Assembly: GCA_028023455.1 (NCBI GenBank)
Contig: JAQFVV010000005.1
Coordinates: forward strand, 9,300,001 to 9,364,000
Length of the DNA stretch: 64,000 bases
DNA from: Epiperipatus broadwayi
Lineage: Eukaryota; Animalia; Onychophora
Reading direction: 5' to 3'
The notes under the pieces were generated by a model, which worked only from the letters and a program-made list of their open reading frames with translations, was not told the origin of the DNA and made no database searches. Positions 49,550 to 62,529 of this stretch are shown one piece after another; position 1 is the stretch's first letter, and each line of letters opens with the position of its first letter. The position numbers were made by a program, and so were the translations under genes.

Positions 49550-50373
49550 ATGTTATTATACGCTATTACATATCAAATTAATTATTATAAGGTTATATAT
49601 GTGAACCGTGAAGAATTTAAATTAGAAAAAGGAAGACTACTATATATAGTAGGTAAAAGTGGATGAAAGCTAAATCATACTGTTTCAACAGAAAATGAAT
49701 TAACATTAGGAAAGCAACAAATAAAAAAATAATTCAAACACATTTATCATAGACATATAAAATGTAACTCAAAAAACTTTTAAGCTCTAGAATATATATA
49801 AAAAAAAAAGCATTTCTGAATTTTCTTAAGATCTTCAGTTCATAGTTCTGTTAAATTCGACAACGACAAACAGAATAATAAACAATTGCATACAAATATA
49901 TACAAAGCCATAGTAAGTTCTTTTGGTGTTTTAAAAAAGTCAAATAACTGGCACATTTCTGCCTTTCCATTATCAAATTGACAGAGATGAATCTTGCATG
50001 TGCAATGATTAATTTAAAATAATTGAAATAAATTTATGTAAACATAATGTGTGAAGCTTTGTTTGGTTCCTTACCTCCCCAATTAATTAGCACCTTTAAC
50101 ATTTGCTTGTTCACTATCATTTCAGTACTGGATATATATATAACTTGTTTTGTTTTTCATAAATGTACCTTTGAAGGTTTTTGCAATGATATATATTGCA
50201 GAGGCTTTGACTATGTGGTGAATATGAACTGATATCAGACCCATATAGCTATCTGGCTTGTTAGGCTGGGTTTGAAGACATTACGTGTCTGAAAAATTCA
50301 TGCTTGCAAACTGATAGGAACTTGTTTCATAAACGCTTGGAGTTAGTGTTTAGATCTAGTTTCTGGTCCCTAC

Positions 50374-50420
50374 CCTTCACTGATGATGGCAAATTAGCTT
50401 GAAATCAGCTGATCTGAAGG
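50374..50420 (+). ncRNA. Near-intact minimal type I hammerhead ribozyme
   Basis: CCTTCA-CTGATGA-TGGC aaatta GCTT-GAA-ATCAGCTGAT-C-TGAAGG. Helix I is a perfect 6 bp, both core boxes are intact, helix III is a perfect 10-nt palindrome, and the cleavage triplet is AUC at 50412-50414. Helix II is weak (3 bp). Confidence 0.8.
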
Positions 50421-52109
50421 TGGAGCCAACGAAAGGGATAGTGAATTCTGACTCTTTTGGGGTTTATGTAAACATTCGCTTGTACGGAGATTTTGGTAAA
50501 GCTCCATCTATTGATCATATATATATATGAAAGATATGTGTCACAATCATTCAAATATTAATATCTTTTGTCACTAAACAATGTAAATGTGCATTTACAG
50601 AAAAAGATAGGGGTATAAAAAATTTAATTAAATATTATCATGCCATAAATCTTAGATCCTTATCCAAGAGAGATTAATCAATCCATAAATATAGTTACAT
50701 TGAGATAGAAGAGATCAAGAAAAGAAAATCAATTTATGGTAAAGGACCAAAAGCTTATTTTAAATGAAAAGCATTAATCCAATGCTCTACAAAAAAAAAT
50801 AGTAATCAATAATAGTAACTATTTTAGTGGGTAGTGAGTTTATTTACAAGCGTGAGAAGTATGCTTATATAAGAAAAATGCAGGTATTTGTACATACTTA
50901 TAAGTTATAATCCTATAAACCAAATTATGAGACTTTTAAGTTATGAGATCTGTTCAATTCTTAAATTCAGAATATTTACACTTTATAAGTTTCTCTATAA
51001 GACATAAAGGTTTTTTTGTATGAATTCTCTATTTTTTTAGAAAATAGAAACCTGATATTGACAGTGGAAGCCAATTAATTCCTAGCCAGTTTAATACAAT
51101 TACAAAAAAATGGATTTGAGAAGTAAATGTTCCCAGATAAATATTTAATTGAATAAATTAAAGAAAGAATCTGACTTGTCAATTGACTGAAACCATTGTG
51201 TTCAATCTGACACTTAGTGCTCAAACTTCACATCATCTCCCAAGTAATTAATTATATAATTATGTTGCTGTAATTAATAGAAGGTGAAGATCATAAAATA
51301 TTCAGTAATTATTTATACACTTCATGTGCTTTATCAAATGACAACTTTCTGATATGTTTTTATGATAAAAGATATATAAAAATATTTTTAAATATATTAA
51401 GAATTCTTATATCCAATAGACTTTTTTCTCTTTTAAATTAAATACAAGTATACCATTCTTTATTAATGTTATTCAGATTCCATTTTTGCTGCAGAAAATT
51501 ATCACAGTCACAACTGAACATGTATAGCTATATTATGATTGCCCTAACATTTTAAAAATCACTGAACATCAAATTGCACAATGCTTTTCAGGAGCAAACT
51601 CCAAATCTAGTTTCTAATTTATTGGTTTGTCAATGAGGAGTTTTGGACCTCAATCTTTCAAATAGCAACAATCTTTTATTCTTTTTTGTACTATGGAACT
51701 ACTTGCATGAAATTCACAAATAAAACCAGAAACTAGTCTGTGGATATAAATAAGACAGTACTGGATAAAGATTTAATAAGCACTAGTATCTATTGATTAT
51801 TCACTAGTATAAACAAAGTTTGTTCCCAACATTTTAATTTTATGATTACGATATATACAAAGATTTTTTTATACTATAGCTAACCTAGTAACAAATAGAG
51901 CTTCATAGTTTATTTCTCACTTCACGTAATGACTGATTTAAATAAGCATTATATTTTTTAAAAAATTAGTCTATATGAAAATCCACATTAAATTTCACAT
52001 TTCTTTTTCATTCAATATTTGATTTTTGTAAGGAGTATTTCTTTGATGCAGACAGAAAAATATTTTATTACTAAAGACTCTTTCAAAATTAAACCAAATT
52101 ATTGATGCA

Positions 52110-53459
52110 TCAAGATAATTGTATGAGAATCTCCAGAGTGTCATGAGCAATGAAATGGGTTGCTATATGATTTTCCAGAATATATTTCTCTGTATCTTTA
52201 TAATCACACAAATAACACTTAAATACATCAGGATTGTTATTACTGTGTTCTCTTGCTGATTGTCTTTCTGCATTAATATCTAATATCTGACTAAAATTTT
52301 CTTGCTTTAAAAATGTACTTTGAGAAGTCACTTTGTAATCATATAGGTTGTGCTGGAAATATTTTTTATCTATATGCAGTCTCTCGTGTGATTTTAAACT
52401 ATCTTTCCTAGCAGATTTGTGATCACAAAAACTACAGGGGAAAGGTTTTTCTCCAGTATGAATTCTTTTATGAAGTGTTAATCTATTTTTTAGATTAGTT
52501 TTGTAACCACAAAAGTGGCACTCGATAGGTTTTTCTCCTGTATGAGTTTTTTCATGGATTTTTAAACTGTCTTTCCTAGAAGACTTAAAATTACATAAGT
52601 TGCAATGGAAAGGTTTTTCTCCAGTATGAGTTCTCTTATGAGCTATTAAAGATTGTTCATGAGCTGTCTTATAATCACAGAAAGTACATGAAAAAGGTTT
52701 TTCGCCTGTATGAGTTCTTTCGTGAGTTATTAAATAATGTTTATGGGCAGTTTTGTAATCGCATAAAGGGCATGGAAATGGTTTTTCTCCAGTATGAGTT
52801 CTTTTATGCGCGATTAAAGTACTACTTTGAGAAGTTTTGTAATTGCAGAAGTCGCACGAAAAAGGTTTTTCACCAGTATGAATTTTTTCATGAATTATTA
52901 AATTTTTTTTTTGAGTAGTCTTAAAAGAACACAAGCTGCATTCAAAAAGATTTTCTCCTGTATGAATTTTTTCATGTGTTTTTAAAGTATATTTTCTAGC
53001 AACTTTTAAGTTACAAAAACTACATAGATATGGTTTTTCCCCAGTATGCATCCTTTTATGAATTATTAAATTACTATTATGAGTTGTTTTGAACGTGCAA
53101 AAATTACATTGAAAGGGTTTTTCTCCTGTATGACTTCTTTCATGAACAATTAAACTATTTCTGTGAGGACTCTTATAATCACATAAGTTACATTTCAAAA
53201 GATCTCCTGTGTGAATTCTTTCATGTATTTTTAAAGCATCTTTTCTAGCAACTTTAAAATTACAATAGCTACAAAGATATGGTTTCTCTCCAGTATGAGT
53301 TCTTGTATGAATTCTTAAATTACTATTGTGAGTAGTCTTGAAAGTGCAAAAGTTGCATTGAAAAGGTTTTTCTCCCATATGAGTTCGTTCATGAACTATT
53401 AGACTACTTTTATGAACAGTTCTGTAACCACAAAATCCACAATAAAAAGTTTTTTCCAT
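52110..53459 (-). CDS. C2H2 (Kruppel-type) multi-zinc-finger protein, 449 aa
   Basis: Uninterrupted ORF with 13 tandem C-x2-C-x12-H-x3-H fingers joined by HTGEKP-type linkers, one degenerate finger, and one isolated C-terminal finger. There is an in-frame stop 9 codons upstream of the ATG. No effector domain is visible. Confidence 0.92.
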   Translation of the reverse strand: MEKTFYCGFCGYRTVHKSSLIVHERTHMGEKPFQCNFCTFKTTHNSNLRIHTRTHTGEKPYLCSYCNFKVARKDALKIHERIHTGDLLKCNLCDYKSPHRNSLIVHERSHTGEKPFQCNFCTFKTTHNSNLIIHKRMHTGEKPYLCSFCNLKVARKYTLKTHEKIHTGENLFECSLCSFKTTQKKNLIIHEKIHTGEKPFSCDFCNYKTSQSSTLIAHKRTHTGEKPFPCPLCDYKTAHKHYLITHERTHTGEKPFSCTFCDYKTAHEQSLIAHKRTHTGEKPFHCNLCNFKSSRKDSLKIHEKTHTGEKPIECHFCGYKTNLKNRLTLHKRIHTGEKPFPCSFCDHKSARKDSLKSHERLHIDKKYFQHNLYDYKVTSQSTFLKQENFSQILDINAERQSAREHSNNNPDVFKCYLCDYKDTEKYILENHIATHFIAHDTLEILIQLS

Positions 53460-55720
53460 TATATAAGGTTTTTTATTTTTTGTTTAAACTACACTGAGTT
53501 TTAAAGTAAATCATTTCATTTTTTGTTAAATGGATTTGCTGAAGTGTTATAAATCTGCATAAGAAAACTTGTTCTTTTGCACGAGTTTTTCATGAATTAT
53601 TTATTTAAAAATGTTTTTCATTTTAATTCTTCTTTTTTTTAAAATAATATCTTTTCATCCTTTACAAACTATTTTAGTGCAAACTTACATTAAATAGTAA
53701 TTTTTTTTTTTAGTGAGTGACTTCAAAGCACAAAAATTGCAATGGCAAGATTTTTCTCTTCATTTAAAACTTACTGCTCAATCATTTTCTAAATTAATTT
53801 AATGATAATAAATCATATACTTTTTGACTTTTAATGTTATATTTTTAGTTGAGAAACAATGATAAAATGATTATGTCAATTTGATATGCTTTTTAAATTT
53901 TATTCATGCATATTTAAGATATATTTTTAAAAATATATAAATTGCTATTGAAAGACTATTCTTGCATGTCCTGTGCAGAAACCATGATAAAATAATAGAC
54001 TGAAAGTTATAGTATTTCTGTATTGATTTTCAGTTAAATAAAACAAAATTAATTGAATAAAACTGTTTAACTGAACTTGACAGTTACTTTTTCTGCAATT
54101 AACCATGTATTTTTTCTTACTCCTGTGTAAAATGTCTGGTCTTTATATATTTTTTGACACATACTTTGTACATATGTTCAATGAATTTGTTTTTTTTGTG
54201 ATCTGCTAATTTATCTTTGAGATGTGTTGGAAACTCTTTTTTACATATTTTCTTTTTTCTATTTTATAGTTGTAATGATATTTTTTGATGATTAAGGATT
54301 AAAATGTACATTAATATTCTAATATCATTAAATGCAGCTTTGTAAAATAGGTGTTTACGTAAATATTTTCTGATAATTTTATAATTAATATTAGAATTCA
54401 TAAAAAAATCATATATATCAAATCCAAATTTATTTTGTGATTAGAGATTATCAATATTTGCTAACTGCTAACTTGAAATCTTTAAGATTCCTATAAAATG
54501 TAAATAAATTCATATCATAATGAAATATAGCATCTGTGGATATTATTTTACACATTCATTTTTATTTTTGCTATTAACTGTTAAATTATTTTCAAGTTGT
54601 GCCAATTCTCAATGTTCTATTATATTTACTGATTTGTATCATTTCCCAACATCCTATTAAATCCATCATATAATCTGCAGTTCTCATAAAAATCATTATT
54701 TACACTTTTTAGTATTTTTTCAAAAAATACTTTCCATATATAAAAATAATTCCTCTTTCAGATTCACATTTTAGATTACAATAATTTTTACATTTCTAAT
54801 TTTCAAAAAGTTATGACTTTTTCTAAATAATCCAAATAAATTTTCATCACAGCACAGGACAATTAAATTATTATTTTGAAAAATTCTTGTAAATTGGATA
54901 AATGATCATGGAAAAAGTTTTTCATCAATATGAAAATTTTCATGAATTATTAAATGTCAATTTTCAACAATCTATTACATTCAACTTACAATCTATAGTT
55001 TTAAATATTAATTCTTATAAAGCGCAATAGTTTTCTAATTTTATTTTTTGAGAAAAAAATCTTCATGGAAAAACAGATTATTTTACCAATTTATCAACTG
55101 AAGTAATTATTCACCACCAGTATCCACTATATTGTATAATTTCTAAATAGCTGAAAATGAGATTATTATTAATCCATAATGATCAATCTTCAGTCCATGA
55201 GATGTAATATAACAAACACAATAGTTTATAAATTTCTGAGATGAATTGCAGTTTCACCCATGGTTATGATCTTTTGAAACATATTTCAGATATGATTTAC
55301 TGCTAATCTAAACAAACAAAAACAAAAAAACATAAATATTAAATAATGCTAACAAAAAAAATTACTAATAATTAAAAAAAAAAACTTCTTGATCTAAATT
55401 GATGTAGTATTTAACTGCTTGCATTAAACTGTTTCAAATATTAATGTACTTATTTCAAAGTGGCATATAATACAATTGCAAAAATAACTTCTGAACAGTT
55501 TTTGTACAGAAAAAACGTTTTAAGATTTAGAATTTAAAAAATCCAAAATCAAATGTTAACATGTTAGTGTATATATGTATGTATGGTTCTGATATTTTAT
55601 CCAACATTCAGAGAAGATGGAAAGCAATCTTAGTTTGATAACAAAGGTACCAAATGCTATAATTATTCTAGAATGTTTTGGATTAAAATGCAGTGAAAAG
55701 GCACATTCTCCAATTTTGAT
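53460..55720 (-). pseudogene. Scattered decayed zinc-finger units upstream of the intact ORF
   Basis: Minus-strand relics: KKPY immediately before the ATG, IIHEKT-like at ~53570, HLIIHENFHIDEKLFP*SF at ~54900-54960, and GE.VPFHC at ~55685-55715. Confidence 0.5.
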
Positions 55721-57439
55721 AACTACAATTAGCTATTAGATGCTGATCTTTTCTGAAATCTTTGCATTATTAGGAAAAAAGTAATTGTATGGAGATGAAT
55801 CAAATTCCTCAGAGCAAATCCCATGTCATATTTTAAGAGACATATTGGATCTAGTATAATTTGATTATTAATGCCTAATAGGATCATTTTGGGGGATCAT
55901 TCAAATGCCATCTGAAAGACAAAAAGCAAAGTCTTAAGTAAAACAATTTCTAGATGCAAAAGTAATGATAAAAAAAAATTACAACCCATTTCTGTTTTCA
56001 GCACAGAAGGTTTTCATATAATAGTATAAAACAAAAACTATTAGATATGAAAAAAAATATTAATACCCTAACATATCTTAAAATTTTTGAGTTTCTGATA
56101 ATTATATTAAATCCAATGTTAACACAAGAGCTCCATATATGGTTTTCATTTTTATCCCTGATTACAATTGAATAAATCTTTGAAATATTTCAAATGTATT
56201 TGTTAAGGACATTAGGTCCAGATATGTGTTAGTGAAAACTAATTTTATAACAGGGATCATGCTTGCTCATCATTTGAAACAATTAAGATTTCTAGGTAAT
56301 TTTTTCTGATATTTTTAAAACAAGATTTAAACAAAAATTACAGATTTATATCTATTGATGAAAAGAATAGTGTTTTTCATCCAGAATTGTATTTGGTAAT
56401 CTATTGTCGAAACTGCTTTTGAAAGTTAATCCTTCAGGACATTAAAATTTACCTTTACTGTAGAGCTCATTATATCATGATTGTACAATAAATTGTCAAA
56501 ACATATAACGGGTTTTAATTAGTTTTAATAGATAACTTGTTTTTTTTTTTTCAAATCTAGGGGTTAAATGAATTTTAAATTCATTGATATTAAAGTTCTC
56601 TTTAATTATTAAATTTAAAATAATTCAAATTGATTTTTCAAATGCAAGATCCTTTAAAAAACATAATGAATTTTAATTACAGTTTTAATATATAAGGCTT
56701 TACATAATGACAATTGCAATGCTTTTATTATGTCATAACAATATATTCCTATTTTACTATATTACAATAATTATATTTGCAGGATAAAACTTCCACCTAC
56801 ATAAAACTGATATGCTATTTATGAGCATGCATAAGTGGTTGTTTATAAATAAGCATAAGGACCGCATGTCCTTACTAGCAATAGTCTCCTGACAAACATT
56901 TTGACAGCATCTTTGCAAAAGAACACTATGATGCTTTATGTAGGATATTGATGGTTCCACTTTGATAACTTGAATTTACAACCAGTTGAATGCCATATTT
57001 AACAGTGATAGTAAAATAAATGATAATGCAGTAGTCACTGTTATAAAAGTTTAAGGAATTTCAAATTATGTTTCATATAGTAAAAAAACTGTTTTAGCTT
57101 AATAAATCATGAATGATTATTAGGGTATTTTATATACAGTATATGTAAATACTGTGTCAAAATTAATTGTATATATATTTTCTTCTGTACAACTTTATAG
57201 AAAAACTCACTATGTTCTATCTTATCTATCATAACAAATTTGATTTTTTCATTATTCAAGCATTGAATACTACATCAACTTATCTTTTCTACATAATAGA
57301 TAACCTCACTTGTCATCACATTTTTATAAAAATGAAACTTTTCTACATTAAAAACATAAAAATATTTTTTTCTTTTTTGCATCAACTTATAAAACTTTGA
57401 TTTAATAATTAAAATTAAAAAAAAAAATGCTTAGCAGCC

Positions 57440-57560
57440 AATGATGAAAAAATTCTTCAGTAACTTGTGCCTTATCTTGGTAACTTGTTATATAGAAAAG
57501 TGGATTTGGATTTTGGTGTGCAGCACAGACATCAGCGTATTGTGTCAGTATTTTAAAAAA
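57440..57560 (-). pseudogene. Possible pogo/Tigger DDE transposase relic
   Basis: NPNPLFYITSYQDKAQVTEEFFHHWL recalls the LP..Y.SQ.KAWMT...F..WF motif. Confidence 0.35.
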
Positions 57561-59261
57561 AATTAAGTCAGAATATTTTATCATACTGACAAAAATACTA
57601 CAAATCAAATAGTTGTATATAGGATTGTTATTATGCAAAATTTATTAGATGAAAACAAGATATTATTAATCACCTAAGGACATAACATAAAAAAATTTAA
57701 GAATACCCCATAATATAAAACTATGATTGCAAGATCATAAGATTAATAAATATTTTTTTCCAATTCGATAGATGTGACCATATTGCATATTTTATTGTAA
57801 ATTCATATCTTCATCAATTAGGCACATGAAGCAGATAGAGAATAACAAATTTCCTCAAAAATTATTAATATATGGATATTACTTTTCTAATTTCATATAA
57901 AAAATATAAAGAAAAAACAGAGTGATATATTTTCTATATTAACATTTTTGAAGTTGAATTAAGATTAAAAAGAAAAAGAACATTTTTTGGAATGCAAAGA
58001 ATTATTATATCCTATAAACTACAAAATTATCTCAAATATTATCTTTTCTAATCAGCAATGATCTAATGAAAGTAAAAAAAAAAAAAAAAATTAAAATAAA
58101 AAACAATTCAACTTTGCAATCAAAAAAGAATCAAAATAGAACAGACAGCAAATATTTATTAGGAAATGATAATTCAATATCAAGGAGCAGAAATATGTTT
58201 TATATTGTTATTTGTACATTGTGAGGGAAAGATCATCTTTCATAATTTTGATATAGAAATAACAAAGCTTTCCTGAAGTTTTCTGATTCTACAATAGATT
58301 AAATCATGATGATTTCATGCATTAGGTTCAATATCAATTGCTTTCATTCAAAAGATATAGCTGCATGTAGTAAATGAATTACAATTAGATAAAGCATTAA
58401 AGACTTTCACAAAGAATAGTTTTCTGGAGAAAATATTAAAGATAATATATCAAATCAAAGATATAGTCACTATAAATCTCATCTTTAACTTCTACATGTT
58501 TATGAATAGTGATGGTAATAAAACATATACAACACTGAAAACATAGCATAGTAGTAGCTATATTTATTTGCCTGTCAATAAAATGAGTTTTAAATTTAAG
58601 TGAATCTTAAAATTTTTTTTTTAAATTTTGATCAAGCTTAAGATTTTTCTTTTAAATAGATGATATACAGTCAATCCAATTAATTATTCATTTTTAATCT
58701 TTTAATCAAAGAATAAAACAAGAAAACAATTATTATTTGCCTTCCAATATAAGATTAGACTGAAGGGAAATTTTTATTTTGTCACTACCTAGAAAAAAAT
58801 GCCATCAAAGTTGCAGTAAACTATTTGAAGGCTATTTAACATTGTCTATGACACAACAAATATAAAAGTGATGAATATTAAAACCATGTTCCACAGTTTT
58901 TTTATTAATGTATTGTTATTAAATGTTATTAAGTTTATGTTTGCTAGTGATTAGAAGAAAGGCATAATCCCAGTGTAAAATGAGGTGTGCAAGTAATTAA
59001 TACAAAATATTATATATAGCTATATCAACTCAAATTCATCAAACCAATATTTACTATTTGCAAACTCTTAAGAATGATTTACATTTGCATTATTGTCTTG
59101 ATGTGTAAAAATAACTCATGGATTGAGTGCCCAAAGGAATGATACTTCTCATAACTAATGAAGATCCATCACTTTACAACACATTTGTTTTTGCAAGGAG
59201 GACAGCATCATCTGGTTAAGAAATTTAGATTATCTGATCAATTTATTTGTCGGCTAATAAC

Positions 59262-59620
59262 AGCAAAAGACACATTTAGTGGCCTATAGATGCTTAACTG
59301 AGTTCTGATTTGTATAACTATACAAATGAATGAGTTTGGGTTGAAAACATCATTGTGTTTTCATCTTGAGCTACTGGCTTTATAGTTAACTAAATAGGTA
59401 AAAGGTGACTGCTGGAGGGTTACATTAGATCCCAAGATCTAGGTATAGTGCTTTGAAATCCAAAACTCTTCACTAATGAAAGTCATAAGCTAGAAACTAA
59501 TCTGGAGTTATTTGATGAGTAAGCACTAGATAGAAATTTTATGCACAAACTTTCTTATATCCATTTATTACAAAGGTTTGCATTTGGTGGCATTACTATA
59601 TGGAGAGTTTGCTATTGTTG
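59262..59620 (+). mobile_element. ~440-nt monomer family, locus C (single partial copy with hammerhead relic at 59466-59508)
   Basis: Shares AAAGGTGACTGCTGGAGGGTT...GATCTAGGT...GATGAGTAAGCACTAGAT with loci A and B. The relic reads CTCTTCA-CTAATGA-AAGTCATAAGCTA-GAAA-CTAA-TC-TGGAG. Confidence 0.8.
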
Positions 59621-59876
59621 AAAAAACTGTTTGCAACCTGACAACCAGATTGCATGGTGAATGACTTATTGTCACAGATAATCCTTAATGTGATGACATA
59701 GGAGTTTCAGATTAATCTGGAATCCCTGTTGAAGTGTGCTTAGAGTCAGAGCTTCATTTCAGATAATGTGATATTCCAATAAACAACACATTGCTATAAA
59801 AACAACTATAATGTGTATTTCAAAGACATTAATTCACTATAATTTATTAGAACAAATATACCATCAATAAATACAA

Positions 59877-60480
59877 TGTGACGTATAACTTTGTCAATAA
59901 TAAGCTGGTCGTGCTAAATGACTGGACTCACTTCCAGCTGTATATTTAGCTTGCCTCATAAGTTCTAGTCTAAATTCTTCCAGCTGTACTAGGTGGCATG
60001 CTTCAAGTTTGTTAAATAACTTTTCCCAATTGTAATAGACCACTTGTCTCAAGTCTGCCAACATAGCAGCTTCCAGTCCTGTCTGGACTTACCTCACTAT
60101 ATAGACATATCGGTAGTGAATACAGTAGAAACCACTTCGCTGTAGGAAGTGGCTTCAATTGACAGCACATTGTCGTTCTCTGCCTTGCCTCCAAAAGGGC
60201 TGATTATTTATTGCCAGATCCCCTCCCTAATGGCAACAGTCGGATCCAGAGAGCCTAACCAATGGTAGGATTTTATACACATGTTTACACATTGGCCATA
60301 CTTCTTTTTACCCTTTGGCCATGTTTATACATTGATTATTCACGTTTACTCATTGGTTAGCAGCAATGAATGCTCAATCCAATTAGATAAGGAATCTGGA
60401 CTAGTTTCTGAAGGAAAGGCCAGATATGACTTAGCCATTCAAAAATGCAACAAAATTGCAAAAGGATAATATAATTTACA
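59877..60480 (-). mobile_element. Probable solo LTR
   Basis: TGT...ACA termini, GC content above the flanks, three (A/C)TGTTTAyaCATTG(G/A)-like subrepeats carrying CCAAT on the minus strand (60280-60360), and a downstream TATATAG. TSD unclear. Confidence 0.45.
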
Positions 60481-62529
60481 CAACTGTACATCAATACATT
60501 TTTTCACCAAAGGAATTTTTTTTTTTACCACTTATATTTATGAATCTACAAAATACGATATAATATGAATATAACTATATCTAACAACTTCTAAAAATTA
60601 TTTTTAATACTGAAATTATTTTTTTCTTAAATGCAAAATATTCAATAATTGTTTCTAAAGCTTAAATTATGAACAATAAGAAAGTGTATATAGGATGTGT
60701 ATATTAAGTTACATGCTTTAAATCAAGTGTACATACAAAAAACAAGCAAAACAAACATTATCGATGAGACCTACCAGTGCTCTTACACAATACATCCTAA
60801 TCTCAGTGTTTAGAACTATATTATAAATATTGATAAATTTTACATATCACTGAAACAGAATCATTATAATTTCGAATAATGAAAAAAATATTAAATAAAT
60901 GCCTTTTCAAATTTAAAACTATCATAGTGATCATTCTCAGCCGTTTATTAAATATGTAATGATTTTTTTTGCATGAAGCAGATCTATTATTACTATAACA
61001 TGAGTATTAGTTTCAAGTGATAATTTGCCCAACATTGTGGTAGACTGCCACGCCCTAATCATAATTTATTTCTACATCTTAGTTCTAGTGAATCACACTT
61101 AGATGAGTTTGTGACATCATTACGACTAACAGTTAATACGTAACGATAAGACATGAAATGAATAATGAAAATATGTAACGAATAGAAATATTGTAAATAT
61201 TAACATCTCACCTGAATTTAAATTTAATAACACTCTTTTTTTTTAATTTATCAGGAAAATAATAAATTCATATATTGTATTAACGTTATTTTAGAAACTA
61301 TAGGATTTACCACCAATGCGCATGCGAATAAACTTAATAGCTTTATTATGAAAAAAAATCCCTTATATCATTAAAAAAACATTTATTTGACAAATTTAAA
61401 ATCTTCAAACTTATACTTTTTTTTTTTTTAAAAAAAAATATTTATTCTTTTTATAATCAGATCAACAAGAAGATATATGGTTTTATACTAAGCAATATTA
61501 GAAAATTTGTAATGTATCTGCGGCATTATATGACTTGTGAGAAGATATTTTCAGTGTGCACGTGGATTTCAAACAAGACCTCTCACTATGCTGACTAATA
61601 CTCTCCTAATGAGCTATGCTTTCTAACAATCAAAGATTAAATATATTTTAATGAATTACTGTACTCAAGAAAAGAAAGACTTCTGGAATGGCGAATGAAC
61701 GACATTTACCTTATAAGGAATTGCCATATTAAAAATAAGTTTTTTGCATAAATACAGGTCTTTTGGCTTGAAGGTTTTTTCTAGCTAGATCTAATATTTA
61801 TGCCTTATTTATTATTGTTATTATATATATTTCATGTGTATTCAATTCTCTGCCAGAAAGCATAAAATATGACTAATAAAGCAGAGTCAATATTTTGTTT
61901 TCAATAATAATTTATCTTGTTAGTTTCTTTCTTAAGACAACTTTATTTAATTTCTCTATTTTAGGGCTACATTGTAAACCTATAAAAGGAATTTTCATGT
62001 AAAGTAAATCCAACAACACATTTTTACATGGATAATTCATGTAATGTTTTTTTTTTTTTAAAAAAAAAAAATTACATTATCATTATGAATATATTTTTTT
62101 GTTGGTAAAGTTTTATTAAAGAATATTAGATACTTGTGAATTTATCAGTTTAGGGTTAGGGTTTGTTTATTTAATTATTTTGATTCACAACTTGTCAAAA
62201 GTTTCGTTTATTTTTGATTCAATAAATTATTTTATGGGAAACTTGTAGTTGTTATTTTTGTTGTTCTCATGATTATAAAGTAGGTAGATAATATTTGATA
62301 AGTTTCATTAACAGTTAAAGTAGTAGGTAATATTTTATGATACAAAAAAAAAAAAGAAGTATTTAAGAGTTTATTCAAAAGGGCCCACCAAAAAAATTAA
62401 ATAGTAATAAAGAACTGTGCCCCAAAAATTAAGGAAAAATTTTTCACTATCATATAAAGCTTTTGTAGCGTAAAGATTTGAAAAAAAAAAAAAGAAGATA
62501 AGTTAAAAGTAAACTAAACCCCCTCCACC

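Noticed and set aside
52688-52918. Plus-strand 76-aa ORF
   Set aside because: Antisense shadow of the zinc-finger repeat.
62150-62161. TTAGGGTTAGGG telomere-like motif
   Set aside because: Only two units; not a telomeric array.
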